A stretch of 52,326 nt of DNA, from IMG/VR virus record IMGVR_UViG_3300042465_004150, positions 1 to 52,326 of that record. One strand, 5' to 3'. The DNA comes from a virus. Taxonomy: Duplodnaviria; Caudoviricetes. The notes beneath the pieces were generated by a model, which was not told the origin of the DNA, searched no databases, and saw only the letters and a list, made by a program, of their open reading frames with translations. Position 1 is the stretch's first letter. Each line of letters opens with the position of its first letter. The translations under genes and the position numbers were made by a program. Positions 1-9,037 of the stretch are shown in pieces.

Positions 1-167
1 ACACCGTGTCACTGGTGTGGTTTGAAGGCTCACGCAAGTGCAGCCAACAGGCTGACTACAGCGGTTGCTTCAAGCCAACCGTTGAACAGATCGAATACTC
101 GATCAACGCGAACGGCCGCTTGGCCGGGATCATGGACGTTGCTGAGGTGACGTTCGAAGCTGCCTAA
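1..167 (+). CDS. 3' part of a hypothetical early protein (truncated by window start)
   Basis: Open frame from the window edge, TVSLVWFEGSRK...EVTFEAA, TAA at 165-167; codon usage like neighbouring genes. Confidence 0.55.
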   Translation, partial: TVSLVWFEGSRKCSQQADYSGCFKPTVEQIEYSINANGRLAGIMDVAEVTFEAA

Positions 168-188
168 ACCGGCAGCTCCTACGGCGTA

Positions 189-217
189 GCCGGGCGGCCG
201 TAACTGCCCGGCATTTT
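189..217 (+). terminator. GC-rich hairpin followed by ATTTT (weak terminator or processing site)
   Basis: gccgggcgg-ccgtaa-ctgcccggc stem-loop between two genes. Confidence 0.4.
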
Positions 218-233
218 GACAAAGGAAATTATC

Positions 234-1190
234 ATGTCTCACGAACTCACCACCCGCGCCGATGGCCGTGTCGAATTTGCCTACTTGGCTTCTGACGGAA
301 CACCCTGGCACGGCTTGGGTCAAGCACTCGAAGATGGCACTAGCCTCGATGCTTGGCGCGAAGCCGCCGGGATGAACTGGAAAATCAAACGCGGCATCGT
401 TCGCTACAACACCGAATTCAACGGTGGCCAAGTTGAGTTGCCGGACCAGCACGTTCTGTTCCGCTCCGACAACAAGGCACCGCTCGGTGTCGTGTCCAAA
501 CGCTACCAGGTTGTGCAGCCGGGTGATGTCGTCGAATTCTTTCGCGACATCGCCAAGGCCGGTGGCTTGGAGCTGTCAGCAGCTGGCACGATCTACGGCG
601 GCAAACGCTTCTGGGCCACGGCCAAGATCGGCGAAGCGTCTCCGGCATCCCTGGCCGACAAGATCGGTGGCTACATCCTGATCAGCACCTCGGCTGACGG
701 TTCGCTGGCCACCGAGGTGCGTCGTACCACTGTTCGCACCGTGTGCAAGAACACTTTGCAAATGGCCATGGCCGACGCCAAGGCTTCGATCAAAGTCTCG
801 CACCGCTCGGTGTTTGACCCTGACTCAATCAAAGAGTTCATGGGCCTGAACAACGCGGCCTGGGACGCCTTCCGCCACACCGTGACCAAGCTGGCCAACG
901 TCGACATGATCGAAGAGGAGGCAGCCGACATGGCAGCCGCGATCTTTGGCAACACCGACAAGGTCCGCGAGACCGCCGGTTTCAAGAAGGTCCTGTCCTT
1001 GTTCAACGGCGAGGGCATGGGTGCAACGATGGACGGTGTGCTTGGCACGCGCTGGGGCTTGCTCAACGCTGTCACCGAATACGCTGACCACCACGTCCGC
1101 GCTCGTAGCGATGAGAACCGCTTCGTTGCATCCCAGTGGGGTGCAGGCGCTGACCTCAAGTCCCGCGCCTTGGACTTGTTGACCGCGTAA
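234..1190 (+). CDS. DUF932 family phage/plasmid protein (TIGR03299-like)
   Basis: PWHGLG, LGVVSKRYQVVQP, AGTIYGGKRFW, STSADGS, RTVCKNTL and WGLLNAVTEYADH motifs; RBS AAGGA before ATG 234. Confidence 0.88.
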   Translation: MSHELTTRADGRVEFAYLASDGTPWHGLGQALEDGTSLDAWREAAGMNWKIKRGIVRYNTEFNGGQVELPDQHVLFRSDNKAPLGVVSKRYQVVQPGDVVEFFRDIAKAGGLELSAAGTIYGGKRFWATAKIGEASPASLADKIGGYILISTSADGSLATEVRRTTVRTVCKNTLQMAMADAKASIKVSHRSVFDPDSIKEFMGLNNAAWDAFRHTVTKLANVDMIEEEAADMAAAIFGNTDKVRETAGFKKVLSLFNGEGMGATMDGVLGTRWGLLNAVTEYADHHVRARSDENRFVASQWGAGADLKSRALDLLTA

Positions 1191-1243
1191 GCACAGCGGT
1201 GCAGGGTATCCACCTGGGTGCCCTGACCAGTGCGCTTGCATTC
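1191..1243 (+). other. long interrupted stem-loop in the early intergenic region (possible RNA processing or regulatory site)
   Basis: gcac..ggt-g-cagggtatcc-acct-gggtgccctg-acc-a-gtgc pairing, with G-U pairs. Confidence 0.4.
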
Positions 1244-1277
1244 CGATCTGGCCGGTTGCCAGGATTTAGGAGGGTTT

Positions 1278-1541
1278 ATGAGAAACGTGATCATCAAAAA
1301 GGCCATGACGCTTGAGCTGACCGGCGACGACTGGGACCTGTACACCTGCGCAATGGATTGCGAACCGGCTGCAAAGGCCATCAACATCGAGGTCGCAGCC
1401 ATCATCAACACCGCGTCAAGCAAAGACAAGGCTTACTTTGAAGCATGCAAAGTCTTGGACCGGTACTCGGAATTCGGTGCTTCGGACAGCGAGCCCCGGT
1501 ATGTCTTGAGAAATGTTCTTGCTGAATTTTTTGGAGATTGA
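1278..1541 (+). CDS. hypothetical early protein
   Basis: AGGAGG RBS, ATG 1278 (MRNVIIKK...). Confidence 0.75.
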   Translation: MRNVIIKKAMTLELTGDDWDLYTCAMDCEPAAKAINIEVAAIINTASSKDKAYFEACKVLDRYSEFGASDSEPRYVLRNVLAEFFGD

Positions 1542-1542
1542 A

Positions 1543-1878
1543 ATGACCTATTGGAACCACGACGGCTTGCACGAAGACAAGCTAGAAAAGCTGCACTCGC
1601 TCATCCCCGCAATGGGCGAAGTACCCAACGGCAAAACCACCAACAAGAATTTGGAACGGTTTCGCAAAGCACAAAACTGCTACTACGATCTGTACAACAA
1701 CGGCCTGTGCAACCGGGCTCGTGAATTCAGTATGGTGTTTCGCATCCCTGGCGTGCCCAAGGAGATCAAAGCCCGCTACGGTTATGCCGACTTGATCTCC
1801 AAAGCCACCGAGGCTGCAATCGAAGCCAAGATGGATGAAATCATTCTTGCAGCATACGCTGAACAGGTGCCCGCATGA
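1543..1878 (+). CDS. hypothetical early protein
   Basis: GGAG RBS, ATG 1543 (MTYWNHDG...YYDLYNNGLCN). Confidence 0.8.
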   Translation: MTYWNHDGLHEDKLEKLHSLIPAMGEVPNGKTTNKNLERFRKAQNCYYDLYNNGLCNRAREFSMVFRIPGVPKEIKARYGYADLISKATEAAIEAKMDEIILAAYAEQVPA

Positions 1879-1955
1879 AAGCAGCCACCGCCCTTGTCTA
1901 CCTCGCGGCCTTGGCCGTGCTGGTTCTTGACCTTTTAATCTGGAGACCCTTATGA
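1875..1955 (+). CDS. 26-aa single-TM micropeptide
   Basis: MKAATALVYLAALAVLVLDLLIWRPL; ATGA overlaps at both ends fill the gap exactly. Confidence 0.65.
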   Translation: MKAATALVYLAALAVLVLDLLIWRPL

Positions 1956-2482
1956 ATGCCGCACGCTATTCAAATGCCGTGGCCTTGGCCGCCGCCGCTC
2001 ACTCCGGCGTATTCAGGAAAGGCACCACGGTGCCTTACATCTCGCACCCGCTTGCTGTCTCAGCAATCGCCATGGAATACGGGGCCGACGAAGACGTCGC
2101 CATTGCAGCCGTGCTCCACGATGTGGTTGAAGACGCTGGCCGGGAATTCATTGTCCCGATCAGAGAAGTATTTGGCACCCGCGTCGCTGACGTGGTGATG
2201 GCCGTCAGCAACATCAGCGCGGGCACCTGGAAAGAAAAGAAGATCGCTTACCTCGACCACTTGGCCAAGTCCAGCGACGACGTTCTTTTGGTTGCCGGTT
2301 CTGACAAGTTGCACAACGCCAGGGCTATCGTCTCCGACGGGCCTGCGGTGTTTGCAATATTCAAAGCGCCCAAGTCCGAAGTGATCTGGTACTACTCTGA
2401 GCTGGCCAAAATCTTTGAGTCCAGAGATGCACCGATGGCGTCCGCCTTTTCCGAAACCGTCAACAAAATGAAGGAGCTTTAA
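1952..2482 (+). CDS. HD-domain (p)ppGpp hydrolase, Mesh1/small alarmone hydrolase-like
   Basis: AAHSGVFRKG..PYISHP, AAVLHDVVED and SDKLHNAR motifs typical of SpoT/Mesh1 hydrolases. Confidence 0.88.
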   Translation: MNAARYSNAVALAAAAHSGVFRKGTTVPYISHPLAVSAIAMEYGADEDVAIAAVLHDVVEDAGREFIVPIREVFGTRVADVVMAVSNISAGTWKEKKIAYLDHLAKSSDDVLLVAGSDKLHNARAIVSDGPAVFAIFKAPKSEVIWYYSELAKIFESRDAPMASAFSETVNKMKEL

Positions 2483-2727
2483 TGCCTACTCTCTCGAACA
2501 CCAATCTGCTCGTCACGCTGCCCAGCGGCAACCGTGCCGTGTATTCGGTGCAGCCACAACACATCCCCCGTGAGGGCATCCTTGAGTCCGCTCGATGGCC
2601 AATCGACTACGGTCGCCAGATCGCACATGAGCTGGACGGTGTTTGGTACCGGCCAGACGGTTGGACCGTGGTCGATGACCCCAAGCTCGTCGCCCTGTTT
2701 GAAAGATGCCCGGAGGTGACGCCATGA
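2482..2727 (+). CDS. hypothetical protein
   Basis: TAATG coupling to the HD gene, AAGGAG RBS. Confidence 0.7.
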   Translation: MPTLSNTNLLVTLPSGNRAVYSVQPQHIPREGILESARWPIDYGRQIAHELDGVWYRPDGWTVVDDPKLVALFERCPEVTP

Positions 2728-2933
2728 AAGTGCGCACCTTCGTCGGTGCTGAGGCTGCTTACGCTTGCATTAGCACGCCCACCATTTCGTTGGACATCCG
2801 CTTAGAGCCTGGCCGGTCATCCGCCCAGGCTCTTCGTGAATGGGCTGCCGAACAACAAGAAAACTCTGCTCGCTTTGCACGCAAAGCAGCCCTTGCTCGG
2901 CAGGCTGCCGATATTTTGGAGAATGAAAAATGA
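2724..2933 (+). CDS. hypothetical protein
   Basis: GGAGG RBS, ATGA overlap, MKVRTFVG... Confidence 0.7.
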   Translation: MKVRTFVGAEAAYACISTPTISLDIRLEPGRSSAQALREWAAEQQENSARFARKAALARQAADILENEK

Positions 2934-3127
2934 TCGACGTATCCGAAGACTACAAACTGTGGATTACCGTCAAACCCACGCCCAGGTTTGACCAGTACCA
3001 CTTGAAGATTGAGTCCCAGTGGCTCGGTGCAAAGGACCCCACTGGCATGCAAGTGGCCTACTCGGTCACCCTGCCAAGGCACCAGCTCAAGGCAATCGCT
3101 GCCGCCATCTTGGAGGGCGTCGCATGA
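2930..3127 (+). CDS. hypothetical protein
   Basis: ATGA overlap, GGAG RBS. Confidence 0.7.
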   Translation: MIDVSEDYKLWITVKPTPRFDQYHLKIESQWLGAKDPTGMQVAYSVTLPRHQLKAIAAAILEGVA

Positions 3128-3549
3128 ACCTCATAACACTTGATGAGTTTTTGTACGACCTACCTTGGTCAGACAACGTGCGCGGCAAGCTACGCGTAAT
3201 GGCCGATCGAGATGAGTTGCGCTACCTCGTAGCCTGGGACAACGCTGGCAAACTGTCGTGCTCGGCATTCACTGAAAAGCCAAACGACTGGCCTGACAAC
3301 GCCATGGCCATCTGGTCCAAGCGCGGGGATGACCCGCGCCCCGGTGCCCAAGCTCAGACAATTTCAAAAACCATGCAAGCCGTTGCGCTTGTGCTCGACG
3401 AAGGATTAACAGTCTATGCAGCATCAAAACAAATCGGAATCAACGAATCAGCAGTGCACCGCGCCCTCAAGAGGCGTGACGGCAAAGACATCTGTCCTTG
3501 CTGCAACCAGGTGATCAGAGGTCAATCTGCATCGCCAGCTTCTGCATGA
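3124..3549 (+). CDS. HTH DNA-binding protein with C-terminal Cys cluster
   Basis: ATG 3124; AVALVLDEGLTVYAASKQIGINESAVHRALKR is HTH-like; ends ICPCCNQV. Confidence 0.7.
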   Translation: MNLITLDEFLYDLPWSDNVRGKLRVMADRDELRYLVAWDNAGKLSCSAFTEKPNDWPDNAMAIWSKRGDDPRPGAQAQTISKTMQAVALVLDEGLTVYAASKQIGINESAVHRALKRRDGKDICPCCNQVIRGQSASPASA

Positions 3550-3970
3550 TCTTGCGTGCCACGTCACGCTCTAAGCCCATGATCACTTCGACCAGGGCCC
3601 TTTCCCTTTCGCCTTCTAGAGGCTTTCGCCCCGTGCCCTGACATTCAACGCAAATGTTGTCTGTCAGGACCGGGGCATTTTTCATGGTCTCGAACCCTCG
3701 TCCATGACAACGATTACACACGTCGTTGGCCAGGTGCCTTAGCACCGACATCACCACATGCACATCGTGTCCCCTGTCCACCAGGCTGACCGCGATCTTG
3801 GCAGCTTCGCCCTGATCGCCTGCATACCTCCACCTCCATATCGACAGCCCAAGTGGGTTGCTCTGCCCAGCCATCCCACAAGCCCTGATGATGTCAATGT
3901 CGCCCATCTCGCCTGCTGGCTTTTCGCCAAGGTTTTTGCTGGTCTGTGCGCTTGAGATTTTTTCTTTCAT
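3515..3970 (-). CDS. antitermination protein Q-like zinc-finger regulator
   Basis: CNRCHGRG...CVECQGTG zinc finger; last gene of the helicase/VRR-NUC operon. Confidence 0.6.
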   Translation of the reverse strand: MKEKISSAQTSKNLGEKPAGEMGDIDIIRACGMAGQSNPLGLSIWRWRYAGDQGEAAKIAVSLVDRGHDVHVVMSVLRHLANDVCNRCHGRGFETMKNAPVLTDNICVECQGTGRKPLEGERERALVEVIMGLERDVARKIMQKLAMQIDL

Positions 3971-5298
3971 GGCATCCTCTTTTCGTTTACTGCGTCAATC
4001 AAAGCCTGCTGCATGTCGCCCTTGTTCTCAAGCACACGCATGATCCGTTCATCGATCGTGTTTAGTGCGACCAAGTGGTGCACCATGACCTGGTTCTTTT
4101 GTCCTGGCCTGTGAAGCCTTGCATTGGCCTGCTCGTACAAGTCCAAGCTGAAAGGCAAACCAAACCACACAGCCACGTTGCCACCCACCTGGAGACCGTC
4201 CACGCCGTGGCCCCCGCTGGCCGGGTGCATAAGCATCAAATTGATCTGGCCTGCCTGCCAGGCCGCCAGGCTGGTCTCGCCATCGAATTTGACCGCGTCC
4301 GCAAACCTGGCCTTGATCCTGTCCATGTCATGCACGTATGCGGTAAAGCAAAGCACCGGCTCGCCCTGCTCAACGATCTCGGCCAACGCGTCCAGCTTGG
4401 CGTCGTGGATGTAGTGCACGTCCTTTGTGTCGTCGTATACAGCGCCGTTGGCCATCTGCCCCAGCTTGCCCGCAAGCACTGCCGGGTTGACAGCCATGAC
4501 CGAACCGCTGACCTGGGTCGCCTCCATCTCGTCATACCTCTTGCGGTCGAATGTCACATGCACGATGTTGTCGATCCTCTGTGGCAGCTGTGTGTCGCTG
4601 TCGATGCTGACCATCACGTCCTTGACCAAACCCTGTATCTCATCCCTTGCACCCGGTCTCAACTTCCAGCTGTAAATGGTCTGGCCGTTTCGTTTGTCCG
4701 GTAAATACCACCGGTCCCGATACTTGGTGATCCCCGTACCCAAACGCCGACCCCCATCCAGAATGCTTATTTGGGCCCACAGGTCAAGCAAATCGCCGTT
4801 AGGGTCTGGGGTGCCAGTCAGGATATAAAGCCTCTCCACGGCCTTCCTGACGCGTCTCAGGGCCTGCCACGACTTGCTCGCTCGGTCCTTGAACCCCACG
4901 TTCTCATCGATTACCACGCACTCGAACGGCCAATCCTCTTTGCTTTCGTCAACCAGGTCGACAAGCCAGACAAAATTCTCACGATTGATAACATACACAT
5001 CCGCGTCCTGGGTCAGGCCCTTGATCCTTTGTTCCTTGGTCCCCAGGACCTTGGACACGCGAAGGTTGGCCAGGTGGTCCCACTTGGCAGCCTCCGTGTG
5101 CCACACCAGCTCGGCCACCCTCTTGGGTGCCACGACCAGGGTCTTGCTGACCTCGAACCTATCAAACATCAAGTCATGGACCGTGGTCAGGGTGGCCGCT
5201 GTCTTTCCCCCGCCCATGCGAAGGGCCACCAGCTGGTAAGGGTTTTCCAGCATTCTCTTGTGTGTCGCATCCTGCGCCGGTCTAGGCAAATAAATCAT
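3967..5298 (-). CDS. SNF2-family helicase
   Basis: MGGGKT (Walker A), VVIDE, LTGTP, HPASGGHGVDGLQ, QANARLHRPGQ; probable start ATG 5298. Confidence 0.92.
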   Translation of the reverse strand: MIYLPRPAQDATHKRMLENPYQLVALRMGGGKTAATLTTVHDLMFDRFEVSKTLVVAPKRVAELVWHTEAAKWDHLANLRVSKVLGTKEQRIKGLTQDADVYVINRENFVWLVDLVDESKEDWPFECVVIDENVGFKDRASKSWQALRRVRKAVERLYILTGTPDPNGDLLDLWAQISILDGGRRLGTGITKYRDRWYLPDKRNGQTIYSWKLRPGARDEIQGLVKDVMVSIDSDTQLPQRIDNIVHVTFDRKRYDEMEATQVSGSVMAVNPAVLAGKLGQMANGAVYDDTKDVHYIHDAKLDALAEIVEQGEPVLCFTAYVHDMDRIKARFADAVKFDGETSLAAWQAGQINLMLMHPASGGHGVDGLQVGGNVAVWFGLPFSLDLYEQANARLHRPGQKNQVMVHHLVALNTIDERIMRVLENKGDMQQALIDAVNEKRMP

Positions 5299-5548
5299 CG
5301 ACTGCTTTCTTTGAATCAATCACTCTGACATCCGCACCCAGGTCAGTCAGCATTTTGGTAACCCTGATTTGGATCGGGGTCTGCCTTTGTCCGGGTGCCT
5401 TCAATTCCACAAACACAATCCGCCCGCCAGGGAAAAACACGATCCGATCTGGCACCCCGGCCATCGCCGGTGCGACCCACTTGATGGCCAATCCGCCGTT
5501 TTCACGGGCCCTTTGGACCAGGTGGCGTTCAATATTTTTCTCAAGCAT
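5282..5548 (-). CDS. VRR-NUC domain nuclease
   Basis: EKNIE, GVPDRIV, FVELKAPG, Q motifs. Confidence 0.9.
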   Translation of the reverse strand: MLEKNIERHLVQRARENGGLAIKWVAPAMAGVPDRIVFFPGGRIVFVELKAPGQRQTPIQIRVTKMLTDLGADVRVIDSKKAVDDLFA

Positions 5549-5549
5549 T

Positions 5550-5762
5550 CAGGGTAATAGGGTAAAGGGCATTAGGGGTTAAAAACTCTATCCCCTTATT
5601 GGGGGATATTTTTTTAATATTCAATTTAATTCTCCTCCCCTTTTATACTCTTATTTCTATTACCCTAATACCCTTAAAGGTAAAAAGAGTAGAGAAATCA
5701 TAGACTTTTTTAAGGGTATTAGGACAGGGTAGTAGTCTCATCACTAATGCCCTTTACCCTAA
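5550..5762. repeat. AT-rich region with nested inverted repeats; putative replication origin
   Basis: 18-bp perfect IR tagggtaaagggcattag (5558-5575 / 5744-5761); 15-bp IR (5664-5678 / 5709-5723); AGGGTA iterations; directly downstream of the primase-helicase gene. Confidence 0.65.
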
Positions 5763-8072
5763 AAAATCGTTGATTGAAGACGGAATTGCAAAAAGTACCT
5801 TCCCGTTTGACTTTTTCCTTTGCCCTGCGTTCAATCTCTTGATCACGCGAGATGCCGTGATCGTTTGATGCTTCGACGGGTCTTTGATCCCAATCTTCAT
5901 CAGCACGTCGGTCGCAGTCAACCACTCCCAAACGGCCACCTCCCCACCCCACGCAAACCCCCCGGCAATCCGCTCATCAATCGGATCGGTCACGGTGTAG
6001 TCTTCGTTGTGCTCGTTCAGGCGCGCGGTCTCGGCCATGGTCAGGTACCAACGCTCGCCCGCTTTCCACAGCTCAAGCACCTCCGCCCACAGCTGCTGCA
6101 TGTCCAAAGCCGCCACCCCATCCAGGTCAAAGCTCACGGCCGGGATCGTCCAAAAACGCCGGTTGCCGGTTGGATCGGCCAAGAAGATGTCGTCGTTGAC
6201 CGAGGCCCCAAAGACCGTGCGACGACCGTAGGTCGACTCGGTCATGGCATAAGGCCGCCTGATATTGTCCAAAGCCTGGGTCGCCCAAGCCTTCAGTGCT
6301 GACACGTCAGACTTCCGAAAAGTGGCGTCGATCTCGCCCAGCTCCACGATCCAATACTTCAGCGCGATCAGCTGGCTGTCCTTGGACCTCACGTCCAGGG
6401 TGTGGCCTGTATATACAAGGTTCAGCTCTTCGGGTGCAAGCCGTTTGAACCAGGTGGTCTTGCCGATGTTCTGCGGTCCGCTGAAAGTCAGGATGCCCTG
6501 GGCCGCTATGCCGTCAGGCTCAAATGCTGCGCCAATCGCCTGGATCAGCCACTTGCGCATGAGCAGTTCCTTCAGCCCCTGGTCCATCTGGCCACCGCAG
6601 TCGACCGTTGCATAGAACCTGGCCAACCTGCTGACACCATCCCAAGCACTCGACTCCACCCACGTCTGCACCGGGTTGTACAGGTTCATGTCCGCGAGCA
6701 TCAGCAGAAACTGCGGCACAAACTTGGTCGACATGCGCGCCTTTTCGCACTCACTCAGCACGTACCCGATCGACACGTTGTCTTTGTTGTCACGGCTGTA
6801 TGCCGAGTCTGGGATCAGAATCTCGACAGCCTTGGCAATCACGTTGTATCGCACCGTCACACCCAGCCTGGCCATCAGCACCTCAAGGTTCTCGATCGTG
6901 CACAGTGGATGCCCGTCGTCGTTCAGGTGCGGGAACGATGCCTTCACACGCGGCCTGAGCCAGCCACGCACCGTTGCGATCTCCAGCTTGACACCAAGCC
7001 CGCGCGCCCGCAGCTGGATGGCCTGAGCAAACTGTGCTCTCTCCACGTCACTGTAGTCTGCGTTGTGCGCGATGGCTGCTGCGATCTTCTCTTGCAGGTC
7101 ACGAGCATCGGTCACCGCGTCGACCCTGGCCAAGAGGTCGGCCATCAGCTGGTCACGCTCACTTCGCGCAGCCGCTTCGCGTTTCTCTTTGGTCTTCTTC
7201 AGAAGCGAGGCCAGAGTCACTGCGCCACGCCCGACCCCACGCTGTTCGCTAAAGCTGCCCCACTTGTCAGCGCACACGCCCTCGACCCACTTGCCAGACA
7301 GTGCTGACCAGTTGTCCCAGGCGTCCAGCCATTCGGGGTCACCACCGCCTTGGTGGTGCAGCGCAGCGCCCACTTTGAGCCAGTCCTCATACCCGCCGTC
7401 AGGGTCCAGGTGTGGGAGAACTTCAGTCATCACACGATCTAATTCCCAGTCTTCGAGCTGGGGCTTGTACAGAGCCAGGGCCATCTCACCGGCATCGGCC
7501 AGCGCACCCCCACCGGCCCCACCGGCCAAGCTCTCACCCCACACCCGCTCCACGAACCAGCCCAGGTCTTGGGTCTCAGCACTCATGTTGGCATGCCCGT
7601 TGATCTGGTGGCCCGTGACTGTGAAGTAGCGGCCGTCCTTGTAAAGCTCAACACCCAATTCTTTTTTGGTACGCGATCCGTCGATGTTGGTCTTGGCGAA
7701 TATCTTGATCCCGGTCCCACTTGGCGACACCTCAGCGTAACCATCGACACGATCAAGCACCTCTGTGGCCAGGTCAGACAGCCCGCCGCTTGCCGGGTCT
7801 CGGCAGTCATCCAAGTCGATGCCTTGCACGTCAGCGCCAAGCACCAAGCCGATGCCGTCGAACCCCTCGCCCATGATCAGGGCGTCGCACACTTCGTCGT
7901 ATGTGGTCCAGGTGTTGGGGTCTGTTGAGCTGGCTGCGCGTCCGTCGACTGTCAGGGGCATCTTCGTCCAGCGACCTTTGCGCTGCACGAGCTGCCACAT
8001 CACCCACCTGTCGATCGTTTTAAGCTCGGTCGGTATTCCATCCAGTTGCACTGGCAATGCTGTTGGTTTCAT
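5754..8072 (-). CDS. primase-polymerase (AEP, NrS-1-like) + PriCT-2 + VapE-type helicase
   Basis: GIDLDDC, EVSPSGTG, ELYKDGRYFTVTG; YEDWLKVGAALH; GPQNIGKT, ELGEID, DPTGNRRFW. Confidence 0.9.
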   Translation of the reverse strand: MKPTALPVQLDGIPTELKTIDRWVMWQLVQRKGRWTKMPLTVDGRAASSTDPNTWTTYDEVCDALIMGEGFDGIGLVLGADVQGIDLDDCRDPASGGLSDLATEVLDRVDGYAEVSPSGTGIKIFAKTNIDGSRTKKELGVELYKDGRYFTVTGHQINGHANMSAETQDLGWFVERVWGESLAGGAGGGALADAGEMALALYKPQLEDWELDRVMTEVLPHLDPDGGYEDWLKVGAALHHQGGGDPEWLDAWDNWSALSGKWVEGVCADKWGSFSEQRGVGRGAVTLASLLKKTKEKREAAARSERDQLMADLLARVDAVTDARDLQEKIAAAIAHNADYSDVERAQFAQAIQLRARGLGVKLEIATVRGWLRPRVKASFPHLNDDGHPLCTIENLEVLMARLGVTVRYNVIAKAVEILIPDSAYSRDNKDNVSIGYVLSECEKARMSTKFVPQFLLMLADMNLYNPVQTWVESSAWDGVSRLARFYATVDCGGQMDQGLKELLMRKWLIQAIGAAFEPDGIAAQGILTFSGPQNIGKTTWFKRLAPEELNLVYTGHTLDVRSKDSQLIALKYWIVELGEIDATFRKSDVSALKAWATQALDNIRRPYAMTESTYGRRTVFGASVNDDIFLADPTGNRRFWTIPAVSFDLDGVAALDMQQLWAEVLELWKAGERWYLTMAETARLNEHNEDYTVTDPIDERIAGGFAWGGEVAVWEWLTATDVLMKIGIKDPSKHQTITASRVIKRLNAGQRKKSNGKVLFAIPSSINDFLG

Positions 8073-8082
8073 GCTTACCCCC

Positions 8083-8283
8083 TCAGACTTGACGGGGTGG
8101 GTATGACAGTGTCGGCCGCAGCGAGTCTATTTGGAGCAGGGCCTTTCGCAGGCCGTTGTAACTGTCCGAGAGAACCAAGGCGGCGATCACCGCGCCCATG
8201 TCCTCGTTATCTATCTCGGCCTGCCTGGCTGCGATGACGCAGTCCTCAAGCAGGTCCCTGAAATATTCTGTTCTTGAAAGCAT
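8083..8283 (-). CDS. hypothetical protein
   Basis: AAGGAG RBS; 66-aa ORF in operon. Confidence 0.7.
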   Translation of the reverse strand: MLSRTEYFRDLLEDCVIAARQAEIDNEDMGAVIAALVLSDSYNGLRKALLQIDSLRPTLSYPPRQV

Positions 8284-8332
8284 GAAGGCTCCTTAAATAC
8301 ACACTGCAATCCGTGCAGATCGGTTTTGTTTT

Positions 8333-8527
8333 TCAGTTAATTGATGGGTGAGCTGGCAGGAATTCAAGCATCGATTTTCTGATCTGGTCGCGAAAGGTTA
8401 GCACAGCTTTTTCATCGCATGTCATCACTACTCTCACGCCGTCTTCTTCAATGTCAAACACTATCTCGTCCCCGTTGAGCAATGAATGAATTGCTTCAAT
8501 TGACAGAATCATTTTGAGTTCAGTCAT
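8333..8527 (-). CDS. hypothetical protein
   Basis: ATGA overlap with the Cro-like gene. Confidence 0.65.
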   Translation of the reverse strand: MTELKMILSIEAIHSLLNGDEIVFDIEEDGVRVVMTCDEKAVLTFRDQIRKSMLEFLPAHPSIN

Positions 8528-8736
8528 TTCAAAGCAGCCCAGTCAATGTCTGGCCTGACCTGCTCAGCCCTCAGCTGCGTGCGTTGCTTCTTGGCCAAGC
8601 GCAAAACGCCAGGCACCCGATCCACCGGCACACGGCCCAAGCGAATCCAATGGCTGACGGCCTGGCCACGAATGCCCAGGTATCGCCCGACAACTGCTGG
8701 TCCCCCGAGGGAACGAATGATTTGTTCGACTGTCAT
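8524..8736 (-). CDS. Cro/YdaS-like HTH transcriptional regulator
   Basis: IIRSLGGPAVVGRYLGIRGQAVSHW...RPDIDW pattern; start probably ATG 8736, possibly leaderless. Confidence 0.82.
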   Translation of the reverse strand: MTVEQIIRSLGGPAVVGRYLGIRGQAVSHWIRLGRVPVDRVPGVLRLAKKQRTQLRAEQVRPDIDWAALK

Positions 8737-8743
8737 GGGGGCG

Positions 8744-8788
8744 GATGATAGCATTACTTGCACACGATTCGTAAGCTGTGCTATCATC
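8744..8788. promoter_or_regulatory. symmetric divergent sigma70-like promoter pair
   Basis: + strand TTGCAC-18-(TGc)TATCAT; - strand TTACGA-18-(TGc)TATCAT; 10-bp IR gatgatagca/tgctatcatc. Confidence 0.65.
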
Positions 8789-8821
8789 GCGTCCACCAAA
8801 ACAGCAAACAAGGAAAACAGC

Positions 8822-9037
8822 ATGCAGAAATATCCCATCCCAGCAAATGCCACAAGGTGTTTGCCAACGGTTCCGGCATCGGACCCGAATTTCAAATGGA
8901 CCAGCGGGTCAGATGTCCAGGCAACCTGGATGCGCCTGACCACATGGCGTCCCATCTACACCAACCAACCGCCCAAGTACATCGAGCCGAAAGAAACATT
9001 CGTCACGGTATTGGCCGAGCGTCGGAGGTCCAAGTGA
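8822..9037 (+). CDS. hypothetical protein
   Basis: AAGGA RBS, ATG 8822 (MQKYPIP...SDVQATW). Confidence 0.65.
   Translation: MQKYPIPANATRCLPTVPASDPNFKWTSGSDVQATWMRLTTWRPIYTNQPPKYIEPKETFVTVLAERRRSK

Noticed and set aside
3515-3549. 35-bp convergent overlap of the HTH and Q-like genes
   Set aside because: Short tail-to-tail overlaps are common in compact phage genomes; no further signal
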